Source: Candidatus Krumholzibacteriota bacterium (lineage in GTDB: Bacteria > Krumholzibacteriota > Krumholzibacteriia > JAJRXK01). Taken from it: DNA of 64,000 nt. Each line of letters opens with the position of its first letter. Position 1 is the first letter of the stretch. Position numbers and translations under genes: made by a program. Where the stretch lies: contig CAVXTH010000006.1 in NCBI GenBank assembly GCA_963764625.1, positions 736,001-800,000 of the forward strand. Reading direction: 5' to 3'. Below are positions 37,207 to 47,574 of the stretch, one piece after another. The notes beneath the pieces are model-generated. The model was not told the origin of the DNA. It made no database searches and saw nothing but the letters and a program-made list of their open reading frames with translations.

Positions 37207-39449
37207 TCTGGCGCGGGACCCAGGCCCTTTTGGGCTTCGAGCAGAATCTCGTCGGGGGTTTCGGCATCGTGAGGGTAACGCGCGTGGTCGATGCGCAGTT
37301 CACAGCCCGCGCCGCCGATCTCACCCATCAGCTTCTCCAGGAGATAGCGGTAGCGGCGGGACAGGCGGCGTTGTCCACGCGCTTCCTCGGGAGCCAAGAC
37401 CGCGAAGCGGTTCGTGGCGATGAAGAGCACGCAGTCGGTCGATCGAGCCGCAGCCAAGACGACGCTCACGAGCTTTTCGTGGAAGCCCGCCTTGTCTTCG
37501 GGAACATCTACCTGAAAGCAGGTCAGGGAGAATCCCACGTGGTAGCGCTGCGCCCGCTGGAGCTCTCGTTCGAGCGCTTCGCGTAGAACGAGTCGGTTCG
37601 CCGTGATGTCGCGTCCTGCCACAGTCGTCTGGATCTGGGTGAGCTCACTGGCCGCGCCCACCAGCTGGTCCTGCTCCTGGGCTTCCTTAGAGGGAAGAGT
37701 CCCCAACAACAGGGCCGCCATGTTCTGGTCTTCCTCGCTGAACCCCCGCGCTTCCAGGGGCCCCGCTGGATTGCGATTGAACGCGATCAACGCGCGCTGA
37801 TCTTCGTCCGCGATCGCCATCCAATTCTTCACCACCTTACCGGGCGCTTCCAGACCGCGGTCTCGGTGGGACGATTGGGCTTGCAGTCGGCTCGCGTACT
37901 CTTCCCATAGTTGCTCGGGGTTGGCTCCCGGCAGTGCTTCGATCCCCTGGAAGGTGCTGGGGGTCTTACCCCGTCCATTCCAGACCGCCACCGCGCTGGC
38001 GCCGCTGAGTTCCATGAACGCAGTTGCCACGCGCGGAGGACGCTCGGCGAAGGGCAACGAACCGATGCGACTCAAATCCCGGGCCAGACCTTGCAGATGC
38101 TCCATGCGCACGCGCCCTTCCTCGCGCGCGAGGAGAGTTCCAAGGCGTGAAGTCACGACCGCCTGCACTTGACTCAGGTTGCGCTGGAAGTGACTCAGCG
38201 CGGAGAGTCCCTCGAAATCCGTAATGAGAACCGCGAAACATTCGGGGCTTCCCAGCGGTACGTAGAGCGTCGAGTAGCGCCGAGCCCGCGTACGCCCCGC
38301 CGGCCGGATCCTTTCCTCCAGAATCACGACCTCCGAAGTCAACAGCACCTGGGCCAGGATTCCACTCCCGGGGTCGACGTCGCGCACCAGACGCGGTTCC
38401 CCTCCATCTTCCCCTCCGGCCAGGACCCGAAGGGCCGGACCTCCCCCTCCCAGGATGATGAGCTGGCAACTCTCCGCCCCCGAGAGGTCGTGCAGGAGAC
38501 TGCGGATCAGGCCAAAGGCCTGGCTGGTGGGAATCTCCATTTGCAGCAGCCGGTCGAGTCCCTTTTCGAGATCGTTCACAAGGGCGCGTTCGTGATAGGA
38601 CTGGATCTCCAAGAGATGCGAGAGAACCGGGGTGATGCGCGCGGCCATGCGCTGTACCGTAGCGAGATCGGTTGGCGAGAAAGAAGTGGAACCGTGATCG
38701 CGTGAAACGCTGGTGACGCCGAGGGTCAAGTCGGCGTCGAGAAGCGGAACGCAGATCGCGCTCTTGATATCACTGCGGTCCCGATCTGTCGGCGCGGTTG
38801 GTTGCCCTTCGATGAGCTCGCCCTCTCCGCTGATGGCGACGCGCCCACTGATTCCTTCGCCCAGACGGCGCCGGCTGGTGCGGATGGTGTGGTCGCTCAA
38901 GCCCTCGGCGTAGGCGATGTAGAGTTCCTTGGTGGCGTGATTGAGCAGCTGGATGCTTCCGCTGTCGGCGTCGACCGCCTGAATGACCAGGGCCAAGAGC
39001 CCGCGAAGAACTTCTTCACGGTCCAGGGCGCGATCCAACCAGCGAATGGCGTCGTCGAAGTCGCGCCAGCGGGCGCTCTCCGCCCGGGCCTCCCGCACGC
39101 CTCGCCGCGGCGGCCACCCCGGTTCGCCGTACAGTTCGAGGGCCTCGTGAAGCCCAATGAGATGAACCTTCTGGGAGCGCAGGTAGACGATTGCGTCCTG
39201 GATCCGCTCCCGCTCCTGGCTCAGGACGACCTGCCCCGTCTTGGCCAAATCCTCCAGAAATTCGAGAGTATGACCGTGGCGCAGGCCCAGGATTTCGGCG
39301 ATCTCGTGCCCCAGTGCCTCGGGGTCCGGATCATAGACCCCCATGATCTGCACCGCGACCGCACGATGCAATTCGGCGAGAACGGGAATCTCGGCTTCCC
39401 GGACTCCAACCATCCCCAACAGTGTCAACGTATTAGCTGAATTTCGCAT
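37203..39449 (-). CDS. Multi-GAF protein with N-terminal Rossmann-like domain and degenerate GGDEF domain
   Basis: GAF motifs (GSIQLL, LGEGISGRVA, SAICVPL); C-terminal LERELQRAQRY...RSTD-x5-ATNRF...YPHD. Start 39449 is preferred over 39494 because of the promoter position. Confidence 0.8.
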   Translation of the reverse strand: MRNSANTLTLLGMVGVREAEIPVLAELHRAVAVQIMGVYDPDPEALGHEIAEILGLRHGHTLEFLEDLAKTGQVVLSQERERIQDAIVYLRSQKVHLIGLHEALELYGEPGWPPRRGVREARAESARWRDFDDAIRWLDRALDREEVLRGLLALVIQAVDADSGSIQLLNHATKELYIAYAEGLSDHTIRTSRRRLGEGISGRVAISGEGELIEGQPTAPTDRDRSDIKSAICVPLLDADLTLGVTSVSRDHGSTSFSPTDLATVQRMAARITPVLSHLLEIQSYHERALVNDLEKGLDRLLQMEIPTSQAFGLIRSLLHDLSGAESCQLIILGGGGPALRVLAGGEDGGEPRLVRDVDPGSGILAQVLLTSEVVILEERIRPAGRTRARRYSTLYVPLGSPECFAVLITDFEGLSALSHFQRNLSQVQAVVTSRLGTLLAREEGRVRMEHLQGLARDLSRIGSLPFAERPPRVATAFMELSGASAVAVWNGRGKTPSTFQGIEALPGANPEQLWEEYASRLQAQSSHRDRGLEAPGKVVKNWMAIADEDQRALIAFNRNPAGPLEARGFSEEDQNMAALLLGTLPSKEAQEQDQLVGAASELTQIQTTVAGRDITANRLVLREALERELQRAQRYHVGFSLTCFQVDVPEDKAGFHEKLVSVVLAAARSTDCVLFIATNRFAVLAPEEARGQRRLSRRYRYLLEKLMGEIGGAGCELRIDHARYPHDAETPDEILLEAQKGLGPAPD

Positions 39450-39503
39450 GGCAATCTGGGCCGCGTTCCTCCACCTTGAGGCACAGTGAACCATGATTGG
39501 CGC

Positions 39504-39519
39504 AGCAAGGAGGATGCCA
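39504..39519 (-). promoter_or_regulatory. Sigma54 (-24/-12) promoter
   Basis: Minus strand TGGCATCCTCCTTGCT with exact GG-N10-GC spacing, in the short gap after mutS. Confidence 0.75.
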
Positions 39520-39549
39520 GCACGGACTAAAGTTCAAGAAACAAAGAGC

Positions 39550-42183
39550 TTAGGCGTCTTCGGAGGCGTCGGCCTGAAAGCCCTCGAGCCGTTCCTTGAG
39601 CTGGGCCAGGAGGAGAAGGGCATCGACCGGGCGTAGGGTCTCCGGTTGCACCTTGCGCAGACGCTCGAGCACTTCTGTTTCGGAGGAATCGAAGAGCGGC
39701 AGTTGGAGTCCCGGCGATGAGGTGGTGGGGGGAGTCTCCGCTCGCGCCGACGCGTCGCGTCGCCGTTCTTCGAGCAGGGCTCGCGCGCGCCGCAGGACCG
39801 TGGGGGGAACCCCGGCCAACTCGGCCACGTGGATTCCGTAACTGCGATCACCGGCCCCAGCAATCACCTTGTGCAGAAAGAGGATCTTCCCCTGCCAGTC
39901 GCGAACCTCCATCTGGATGTTGGCCAGGCGCGGCAAGCGTCCAGAGAGCTCGGTCAATTCATGGAAGTGCGTGGCGAAGAGAGACTTGGGGCGCACCGGT
40001 CCGTCGTGAAGATACTCGGTGATAGCCCATGCCAGCGCGAGTCCGTCGTCGGTGGAGGTCCCACGACCGACCTCGTCCAGGATCACCAGACTCTGATCGG
40101 TGGACCCCCGTAGGATCTTGGCGCACTCGGCCATCTCGACCAGGAAGGTGCTCTGCCCGCGCGCCAGGTTGTCACTGGCCCCCACGCGAGTGAAGAGACG
40201 ATCGACCAGGCCAATTCTCGCGCGCCGGGCCGGCACGAAGGAACCCATCTGCGCCATGACCACCAGCAGGGCGGCCTGCCGCAAGTAGGTCGACTTGCCC
40301 CCCATGTTGGGTCCGGTGAGCAGGAGGATCTGACGCTCCTTGGAGTCGAGGTGGAGATCATTGGGCACGAAGGGTTCCGCAACCAGTTGCTCCACCACCG
40401 GATGGCGACCGTCCTCGATCTGCAGCACGCCGCTCTCGTCGATACTCGGGCGCACGTAGTCGCGCGCGATGCTCAACGCGGCCAAGCTGCCGAGAGTGTC
40501 CAGCCTGCCCAACGCCTGGGCCAGAGCACGCAGAGCTTTCAGAGAATCGGCCACCGAATCGAGTAGCTCGAGGTAGAGTTTCTTTTCGAGTTCGATTCGC
40601 CTGTCCTCGGCGTTCAGGATCTGCCGCTCTCTCTCCTTCAATTCATCGGTCACGTAGCGTTTCGCCGCCGCCAGGGTCTGCTTTTCCTGATAGTCCGGCG
40701 GCACCTTCTGCAGATGCGATCTGGTGACTTCGATGTAGTATCCGAAGACCCGGTTGAACGCGACCTTGAGCGTGGAGATGCCGGTGCGCGTTCGCTCCTT
40801 CTCCTGGTAGGCCGCCAGCCACTGCTTCCCCCCGCGCGCCAAGTCGTTGAGCTCGTCGAACTCGCGATGAACTCCCGCGCGCAGAATCCCCCCTTTGCGC
40901 AGGTGGGCCGGGGGTTCCTCCACCAGTTCTCTCAGCAGGGGCGTATTCAAGTCCGCGACGCCAGAGAGCTGCTCCGCGATCGCGGAGAGAAGGGGATCCG
41001 AGGGCGGAAATTCGAGCTCGGTGATGAGCGCGACGCGCGTGAGTGCCGCGCGAAGATTCGCCAGCTCCTTGGGCATGGCGCGGCGCGTGGCGATGCGTCC
41101 CAGAATGCGTTCGACGTCCCCCATGCCTTTGAGGGCGTCGCGCACCGACCGGAGAACCGCGGACTCGGTGCGCAGCGCCTGTACCGCGTCGAGCCGGCGT
41201 TCGATCCCGGCCTTGCTTCGCAGCGGCGCGCGCATCCATCCCGCGAGACAGCGGCGGCCCATCGGGGTCCTGGTGGCGTCCATCTGCGCGAACAGGGTTC
41301 CGTCGCGCGCCCCGGCTTGCAGACTCTGGAAGAGCTCGAGGTGCGCCACCGTCTCCCGATCGAGATAGAGGCGGTCTCCACTTCGCTGCACCAGGAGTTC
41401 CGCGACCTGCTGCGGGCGGCTGCGCTGCCGGTCCGCCAGGTATCGCAGGGCGCAGCCCGCCGCGCGGGCGGCCAGCTCGCTTCCGTCCAGGCCCAGACCC
41501 GTAATTCCACTCAACTTGAAGTGATCTTCCAAAGTGCTTGTAGCGTAACGGATTTCGAAGAGCAACGGAGAGACCCCGGTGGAGCTGATCCCCAGCAAGG
41601 CGCCGCCGCCACAGAGGGCCCGGCCGTCCTCCACCTGCTCTTGCGGCAGGACGATCTCGGCCACCGGATAGCGCCGCACCAGTCCCAGCACCTCCTCCTG
41701 CGACGCCTGGCCGCAGAGGAACTCCCCGGTGCTTCCGTCCAGAAGCGCGTAGCCCCACTCCCCATCGCCGGGAAGCAGGGCAAGGAGGTACACCCCCTCA
41801 TCGCTCTTGAGCAACGCAGGGTTGGTGACCGTCCCGGGCGAGAGGATCTCCACCACCTCGCGGCGCACCAGTCCCTTTGCCAGCGCGGGATCCTCCGTCT
41901 GCTCGCAGATGGCGACGGTGGCTCCGGTGTCCAGGAGCTTCACCAGATACTGGTCGAGAGCGTGGAAGGGAATCCCCGCCAGAGGGATCGGCTTCCCCCC
42001 CTTCTTCTCGCGCGCGGTGAGGGTAATGCCCAAGATTTTCGAGCAGTGTTGGGCATCCTCGAAAAACGTCTCGTAGAAATCGCCCATGCGAAACAGGAGG
42101 ATCGCGTCGGGATGCTCGGCCTTGAGTCCCAGGTACTGTTCCATCATGGGCGTGTGTTTGGCGGACTTGCGTCGCGTGCCCAT
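39550..42183 (-). CDS. mutS: DNA mismatch repair protein MutS
   Basis: TPMMEQY, RMGDFYETF, TGPNMGGKST, STFLVEM, DEVGRGTST, ATHFHEL, SYGIHVA. Confidence 0.98.
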   Translation of the reverse strand: MGTRRKSAKHTPMMEQYLGLKAEHPDAILLFRMGDFYETFFEDAQHCSKILGITLTAREKKGGKPIPLAGIPFHALDQYLVKLLDTGATVAICEQTEDPALAKGLVRREVVEILSPGTVTNPALLKSDEGVYLLALLPGDGEWGYALLDGSTGEFLCGQASQEEVLGLVRRYPVAEIVLPQEQVEDGRALCGGGALLGISSTGVSPLLFEIRYATSTLEDHFKLSGITGLGLDGSELAARAAGCALRYLADRQRSRPQQVAELLVQRSGDRLYLDRETVAHLELFQSLQAGARDGTLFAQMDATRTPMGRRCLAGWMRAPLRSKAGIERRLDAVQALRTESAVLRSVRDALKGMGDVERILGRIATRRAMPKELANLRAALTRVALITELEFPPSDPLLSAIAEQLSGVADLNTPLLRELVEEPPAHLRKGGILRAGVHREFDELNDLARGGKQWLAAYQEKERTRTGISTLKVAFNRVFGYYIEVTRSHLQKVPPDYQEKQTLAAAKRYVTDELKERERQILNAEDRRIELEKKLYLELLDSVADSLKALRALAQALGRLDTLGSLAALSIARDYVRPSIDESGVLQIEDGRHPVVEQLVAEPFVPNDLHLDSKERQILLLTGPNMGGKSTYLRQAALLVVMAQMGSFVPARRARIGLVDRLFTRVGASDNLARGQSTFLVEMAECAKILRGSTDQSLVILDEVGRGTSTDDGLALAWAITEYLHDGPVRPKSLFATHFHELTELSGRLPRLANIQMEVRDWQGKILFLHKVIAGAGDRSYGIHVAELAGVPPTVLRRARALLEERRRDASARAETPPTTSSPGLQLPLFDSSETEVLERLRKVQPETLRPVDALLLLAQLKERLEGFQADASEDA

Positions 42184-43220
42184 CAGCTTTGTCCTGGAGT
42201 GAGAATGACGGCCTGCCAGCCGCTCTGGCCGAGGGTTGCTTGCGCACTCTCGGCCGCGCCGCGCGTGGCGTAGTGTCCCACTACCACGCGATACCAGGGT
42301 GGAGAACTCTGGACGCTGCGCTCGATGCGCAGCTCGTCCACGTGGCTCGAGAGGGTGAGCGCGAGTCTCAGGGCGAGACTGCGGTCGTGGAAAGCTCCCA
42401 CTTGAAGGGCGAAAGAAGAACGGCGGGCAGGGGCTTCGATTTCGGCCACGTTCGTTTCCGGCGTGACGGTCGAATCGCGCGCCGCCTTCAGTCCCTCTTC
42501 TCGTACCCATCTCGCCTCGGCGCTCCGCGGATAGCGGCGCAGGATTTCTCTTCTCGTCTCCGCCGCGCGTTCACCGTCCCCACTCTGAGCGAGAGCGGCA
42601 GATCTGGTGTAAAGAGCCTGGGGAGCGACGTCGGGATCCCTGGTGGCCAGAGCCGCCTCCGCGTACCGCAGGCCCCCCTGGACGTCGCCGCTACGCAGAC
42701 TGAGATCGGCCAGAAGCACTTGGGCCATCGAATAGCTTGGGCTGCGCGCTTCCACCAACAGCAGTTGTTCTCTGGCCTTGCGCGCGTTGCCGGCCGCCGC
42801 CTCGGCCATCCCCAAGAACAGCGCGATCTCTGGTAGCCGTCGCGAGGCCTGTAGAGGAAGACCCTCCAGGAACTCCGCGGCCGAGAGGTACCGTCCCCGA
42901 GCGAAATATTCGCGCGCACGCGCCAGGGCGATCACCTGATTGAGACTGTCGGCGGCGGATCCGCCGCTGGTCAGGGCCGCCGCCATGCGATCGAAACTCT
43001 CGGGATCGGTCACCAGCTGGGCTTGAATCCACCTCAGATCACGTGAGAGCGGCGCACCGTGCTTCACGTGGTCCTCGAGCAGCTGACTCGCCAAATCGTA
43101 GTGGGTCTGGTCCTTTAGCCGGCGAACCCGATCGAGCAGATCCTCTCCCAGGGCATGGCCCAGCACGCCCATCAGGGCGAGGGCCGCGGCCACGAGGGTG
43201 ACGACGCGCGCTCGCTTCAC
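42183..43220 (-). CDS. TPR + SPOR domain secreted protein
   Basis: Signal peptide, TPR-like helices, C-terminal FALQVGAF...WYRVVVG SPOR motif. Confidence 0.82.
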   Translation of the reverse strand: MKRARVVTLVAAALALMGVLGHALGEDLLDRVRRLKDQTHYDLASQLLEDHVKHGAPLSRDLRWIQAQLVTDPESFDRMAAALTSGGSAADSLNQVIALARAREYFARGRYLSAAEFLEGLPLQASRRLPEIALFLGMAEAAAGNARKAREQLLLVEARSPSYSMAQVLLADLSLRSGDVQGGLRYAEAALATRDPDVAPQALYTRSAALAQSGDGERAAETRREILRRYPRSAEARWVREEGLKAARDSTVTPETNVAEIEAPARRSSFALQVGAFHDRSLALRLALTLSSHVDELRIERSVQSSPPWYRVVVGHYATRGAAESAQATLGQSGWQAVILTPGQS

Positions 43221-44398
43221 TGGGTGTGCCTCGCCAACACGCGGTGCACTCTCGCCTCGTTCTCGCGGGATCGCAGGGGCACGAGCCGTCCGCAGCGGGG
43301 GCAGGCCTGACGGGCCTCTTCGTCGAGATAGCCGCAGAATGAACAGGAGTACTGTCGGGGTCCGAAGGAGTCCGGCATGGAACCGAGCAGGCGCAAAAGC
43401 GCAGCGGGATCGTCCAGCTGACTCAAGAAGCGAATCCAGCCCGCCCAGGCCGGCAGGTCGGCGGCGCCAGGGGTGGGCGGATCCTCCACCAGCGCGAAGA
43501 AGCTCTCCAGGTCGCCCCGGCGAAGCCGCAGATCGGCCACCGCGCGCCACAGCGCCGCATCCTGCGGCCGGCCCGCGCGTTCGCGCTCGAGATCGGCGAG
43601 GAGGGTTTCCATCTTGCCCGCGCGCAGCGCGGCGTCAGCCAGGCGCGCCAAGAAGGTGCGCGCGCCGGTACGACTGTGGCGCAGGCCCTCTTCCCAGGTG
43701 TGCACCGCGCGGTCCGGCCGTTCCAACGCCATATAGCGGTCTCCGTCGACTTCATAGGCCGCGCCCAGAGTGTCATCCAGCTTGAAGGCCCGGCGCAGCA
43801 GGTCGCCCGCGTTCTGGGGCTTGCCCGCGCGCAGAGCCTCGCGCGCCATTTCCGCCAGGTAGGCTGCCGCTTCCCGACGCGTGTCGCCACCCGCGATCTT
43901 GGCCCGTTGTTCGAGTCGCTGGGCGGCGTACTCGGTGCGTCCCAGTCGATGCAACGCTCTCGCATGGCGCTCGAGAAGATCGGGATCGAGTATGCGTCGG
44001 TCCAACTCCTCGAGCCGTCGTTCAGCCTCGGCGAATCGATCTTGCGCCAGAAGGTCGTCCGCGATGGCCAGCTCGAGCAGACGTCGCAAGTCCGGTGGCA
44101 GAGAGGCGCGCGCGAGCAGCCCCTGGTGCAAAGATAGGGCACGCGCCGGATCACCTCCTTCGCGCAAGAGGTTTCCCAGTTGCAGATAGACCGAAGAGGG
44201 TGCGCTGCCGGCCCGGATGAGCTCGGCCATCAAGACTTGCGCCTCGTCCTTGCGCCCTTCCAAGAGGAGTTCGAACGCGTCCGCCGCCCCCTTGGGAGTG
44301 GGGCGCGATTCCTCGCTCTTGGTGAAAAGCATCCACAGAAGTATGGCTACGATCAGAGTGGAGGCCACGACGAGCGCGGTTGCCATTGGGTCGCTCAC
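43217..44398 (-). CDS. lapB: LapB/YciM-like TPR + rubredoxin protein
   Basis: N-terminal TM, YLQLGNLLR..G...RA...HQ, TPR repeats, C-terminal CSFCG...CPRC; directly downstream of lapA. Confidence 0.8.
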   Translation of the reverse strand: MSDPMATALVVASTLIVAILLWMLFTKSEESRPTPKGAADAFELLLEGRKDEAQVLMAELIRAGSAPSSVYLQLGNLLREGGDPARALSLHQGLLARASLPPDLRRLLELAIADDLLAQDRFAEAERRLEELDRRILDPDLLERHARALHRLGRTEYAAQRLEQRAKIAGGDTRREAAAYLAEMAREALRAGKPQNAGDLLRRAFKLDDTLGAAYEVDGDRYMALERPDRAVHTWEEGLRHSRTGARTFLARLADAALRAGKMETLLADLERERAGRPQDAALWRAVADLRLRRGDLESFFALVEDPPTPGAADLPAWAGWIRFLSQLDDPAALLRLLGSMPDSFGPRQYSCSFCGYLDEEARQACPRCGRLVPLRSRENEARVHRVLARHTQ

Positions 44399-44733
44399 AG
44401 CAGAGAATCACCGCCCGAGCTCGGAGCCACCGAGCTGGAGAAATCATCCAGTGGGGCCGCGCGAAGCCGGGCGATCTCGCGCTGGAATTCGTCCCGCTCA
44501 CGGCGGAGTTTGGCCGCGTCGAGTCGAAGGCGAATTTCGCGGACCACGGATACGAGCATACCCACCACGAAGCCGAAGAGAGCTGAACCGAAGATGATGA
44601 TCCACAGCGGCACCATGTGTTGGGTCCAGGCGAAGAGTTTCACCGTGACCCCGGGCGACTCGTTGTTCTGTACCGCGACCACGACGAAGAAGACCAGGAG
44701 AATGACGAAGAAAATGGTTTTAAGCAGCCACAC
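44395..44733 (-). CDS. lapA: LapA-family protein
   Basis: TM-AVQN...V...PL-TM followed by a coiled coil. Confidence 0.82.
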   Translation of the reverse strand: MWLLKTIFFVILLVFFVVVAVQNNESPGVTVKLFAWTQHMVPLWIIIFGSALFGFVVGMLVSVVREIRLRLDAAKLRRERDEFQREIARLRAAPLDDFSSSVAPSSGGDSLL

Positions 44734-46063
44734 GATCGTACTTCCAGACTACGCCGAGAGTTTCGGCAAAAAAGGTTGTAGCCTGGCTGCCGGTTACTAG
44801 TACGAGGATCTCGTCTCCTCGCCCCAGATCGTCACGCGCCGGCACCAGGACTTTCCGGTTGTTCAGGGTGCGAGCTCTCAAGTAGCCGCGTCCCTTGCGA
44901 TCAGGTCCTTCGATCGCGACCTCCCATCGGCTCCCCACGAACGAGGCTGCCTCTCTCTCCCACAGCTCCGCCTGCAGGGCATTGACGCGATGAATCCTAT
45001 CGCTCTTCACCTCGTCGGGAACATCGTCCGCCAGTTTCGCCGCCGGCGTGTCGGGCCGAGCCGAATACTTGAACATGAAGGCCGAATCGTAGCGCATCTC
45101 CCGCATGACCGAGAGAGTCTGTTCGAAATCATGCTCCGTCTCGCCGGGAAAGCCAACGATGATATCCGTCGAAAAGCTGACATCGGGAAGGGCCTCGCGG
45201 CAGCGAGCCACCAGCTCGAGGTACTCCCCGCGCCGGTAGCCTCGCTTCATGCGTCGTAGAATACGATCGCTTCCGCTCTGGATAGGCATGTGGAGCCAAG
45301 GAGAGACCTTTTCGCACCCGGCGATGGCGGCAAGGGTGTCCTCGGTGAAGTCGGTGGGATGGTTGGTCAGAAACCGGATGCGCCGCAGCCCTTCCACCTC
45401 GTTCACTCGGCGCAGAAGCTCGGCGAAGCTCGCGTCCTCGTGCCGGTAGGCCGTCACGTTCTGACCCAAGAGAGTCACCTCCACCCCACCACGCTCCTGC
45501 ACCACCGCCTCGACTTCTCGCACCACGGCGGCAGGATCTTTGGGGCGCAGGGGACCACGGGTGTTCGGCACCACGCAGAAGGTGCAGCGGTAATCGCAGC
45601 CGCGCGTGATCGAAATGAAATGCGTGTTGTTCTCCGGATCGTGCTCCGGTGAGGCCTGGTAGGTGGCGATGTCGCTGGGCGTGGTATCGAACTGCGGCCT
45701 TCCGCTGCGCCGCACCGACTCGATCATTTCCGCGATCCGTCCGTACTGATCGGTCCCCACCACCAGATCGACCGCTTTTCTTCTCGCGTGCAGCTGCTCG
45801 CCGAGGCGCTGCGCCATGCACCCCACTACGCCCATGAGGACCTCTTGGCGTTCCTTCTTGTAGCGCATCAGCTCGCCGATGCGTCCGATCACCCGCTGCT
45901 CCGCGTTGTCCCGTACCGCACAGGTGTTCAGGAGCATCACGTCCGCCTGATCGGGGGTGTCCACCTCGGTGAAGCCGGCGCGCTTGAGATTGTCCAGGAT
46001 GACCCGGCTGTCGTAGACGTTCATCTGACAGCCGTAGGTTTCGATATAGAGGCGGTTCTTCAT
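44720..46063 (-). CDS. miaB: tRNA methylthiotransferase MiaB
   Basis: ETYGCQMNVYDS, NTCAVR, GCMAQR, GCDYRCTFCVVP, LLGQNV, QSGS, DIIVGFPGET, YSARPDT. Confidence 0.95.
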   Translation of the reverse strand: MKNRLYIETYGCQMNVYDSRVILDNLKRAGFTEVDTPDQADVMLLNTCAVRDNAEQRVIGRIGELMRYKKERQEVLMGVVGCMAQRLGEQLHARRKAVDLVVGTDQYGRIAEMIESVRRSGRPQFDTTPSDIATYQASPEHDPENNTHFISITRGCDYRCTFCVVPNTRGPLRPKDPAAVVREVEAVVQERGGVEVTLLGQNVTAYRHEDASFAELLRRVNEVEGLRRIRFLTNHPTDFTEDTLAAIAGCEKVSPWLHMPIQSGSDRILRRMKRGYRRGEYLELVARCREALPDVSFSTDIIVGFPGETEHDFEQTLSVMREMRYDSAFMFKYSARPDTPAAKLADDVPDEVKSDRIHRVNALQAELWEREAASFVGSRWEVAIEGPDRKGRGYLRARTLNNRKVLVPARDDLGRGDEILVLVTGSQATTFFAETLGVVWKYDRVAA

Positions 46064-46064
46064 C

Positions 46065-47432
46065 TCATCTCCCCCCGTCCGCAGCCCTGAGGATCCCGCG
46101 TGAAGCCGTGCCGGCGGCGCCGGTAAGAACCCCGCGCAGCCGGCCCTTCTCGTCCATCGACTCCACTCGCAACTCGACGCGCTTTCGCTCGAGGCCCGGA
46201 TCCGCCTGGGCCCACACCGTGGCGTAGTCCTCCAGCATGATCTCGCGACATCCCCTCGCTCCTTGGGGATCCAGACCCTCGACCACACCCTCGTACACTC
46301 CATGAAGGTGCTTGCGCAAGAAGGCGGTCCGCTTTCTCTTCCCCGCCTCGCGCAGGATCTTGGCGCGCTCGGCGACGACACCACTTTCCGCCTGCTTGGG
46401 CAGACCTGACGCCACGGTTCCCGGTCGATCGGAATAGGGAAACACATGATAAAAGCTGATCGGAGTCGACTCAAGCAGGGCCGCGGTTTCCGCGAAGGCG
46501 GCCTCATCTTCGTTGGGAAATCCGACGATGAGATCGGCTCCCAGGCCGAAATCCGGATCGAGCTGCGCGATCCCAGCCACCAGCCGCCGGAAATAGGTCG
46601 TGCTGTAGGCGCGCCGCATCTGCCGCAGCACCGCGTCGCTGCCGGACTGCAGAGACAGGTGCAGGTACCGGCAGAGTCTGCGCTCTTCGACCAGGAGTCG
46701 CACCAGGCGGGCATCGACCTCCGAGGGATCGATGCTCGAAAGACGAAAGCGCACTCTTGGATCGACGGCATCGAGCAGCATGGTCAGCAGCTCGTGGAGT
46801 CGTGTTCTCGGCTGCAAATCTCTTCCATAGTGGCCGAGGTGAACTCCGCCCAGCACGATCTCCTCGTAGCCGTTGGCCGCGAGCCGCTGCGCTTGCTGCA
46901 CGATCTCCCGGGGCTCGCGCGACCGGCTGGGGCCCCGCGCGCTCCAGATCGCGCAGAAGGTGCAGCGCATGTTGCAGCCTTCCTGCACCTTGATGGTGGC
47001 GCGACTCCTTCCCGCGAAGTCCTCGATCCACTCGCCCTTGCGCGCGCTCATGCGTCGCGGGTAGTCGGCCGCGCGAAGAATTCGGCTGCCAGCCGCGACC
47101 TCGTCGAGATAGTCCTCGAGGTGCTTCTTTTCCTCGTTCCCGAGGGCGGCGTCGATCTCGGGGAGCTTCATGAGCGGCTCGCCGTTCACCTGAACGTAGC
47201 ATCCCACCACGACGACTTTCGAATCGGGCCGACGGCGCTTCACCGCCCGCGCCAACTGCCGGCACTTCTTCTCGGCGCGCGTCGTGACGGTGCAAGAATT
47301 GATCACGTAGATCTCGGCCTCCTCGTCCCATTCCACCACTCCAGCCCCGGTCTTCTTGCCCAGACGATGGCGCATGGCCTCGGTTTCGAAGAGGTTCAGT
47401 CTGCAGCCGAGCGTTGTGAATGCGACCCGCAT
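46065..47432 (-). CDS. mtaB: tRNA methylthiotransferase MtaB
   Basis: TLGCRLNLFE, NSCTVT, KVQEGCNMRCTFC, RGPSRS, RLSSIDP, HVFPYSDRPGT. Confidence 0.93.
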   Translation of the reverse strand: MRVAFTTLGCRLNLFETEAMRHRLGKKTGAGVVEWDEEAEIYVINSCTVTTRAEKKCRQLARAVKRRRPDSKVVVVGCYVQVNGEPLMKLPEIDAALGNEEKKHLEDYLDEVAAGSRILRAADYPRRMSARKGEWIEDFAGRSRATIKVQEGCNMRCTFCAIWSARGPSRSREPREIVQQAQRLAANGYEEIVLGGVHLGHYGRDLQPRTRLHELLTMLLDAVDPRVRFRLSSIDPSEVDARLVRLLVEERRLCRYLHLSLQSGSDAVLRQMRRAYSTTYFRRLVAGIAQLDPDFGLGADLIVGFPNEDEAAFAETAALLESTPISFYHVFPYSDRPGTVASGLPKQAESGVVAERAKILREAGKRKRTAFLRKHLHGVYEGVVEGLDPQGARGCREIMLEDYATVWAQADPGLERKRVELRVESMDEKGRLRGVLTGAAGTASRGILRAADGGR

Positions 47433-47502
47433 GACTTCTCCCTTCTGGCTGGTTCGAGGCGCGCGATCCGGGGTCGATCGAGCATCAGGCCACACATCGA
47501 GA

Positions 47503-47535
47503 GAGGCCCCGTCCGGTGATCCCGGGCGGGGCCTC
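47503..47535 (-). terminator. Stem-loop downstream of rpsA
   Basis: GAGGCCCCGTCCGG-TGATC-CCGGGCGGGGCCTC inverted repeat. Confidence 0.55.
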
Positions 47536-47574
47536 GCTGCACACGTCTCGCTCACGAATCGCGAGGCGCGGGGC

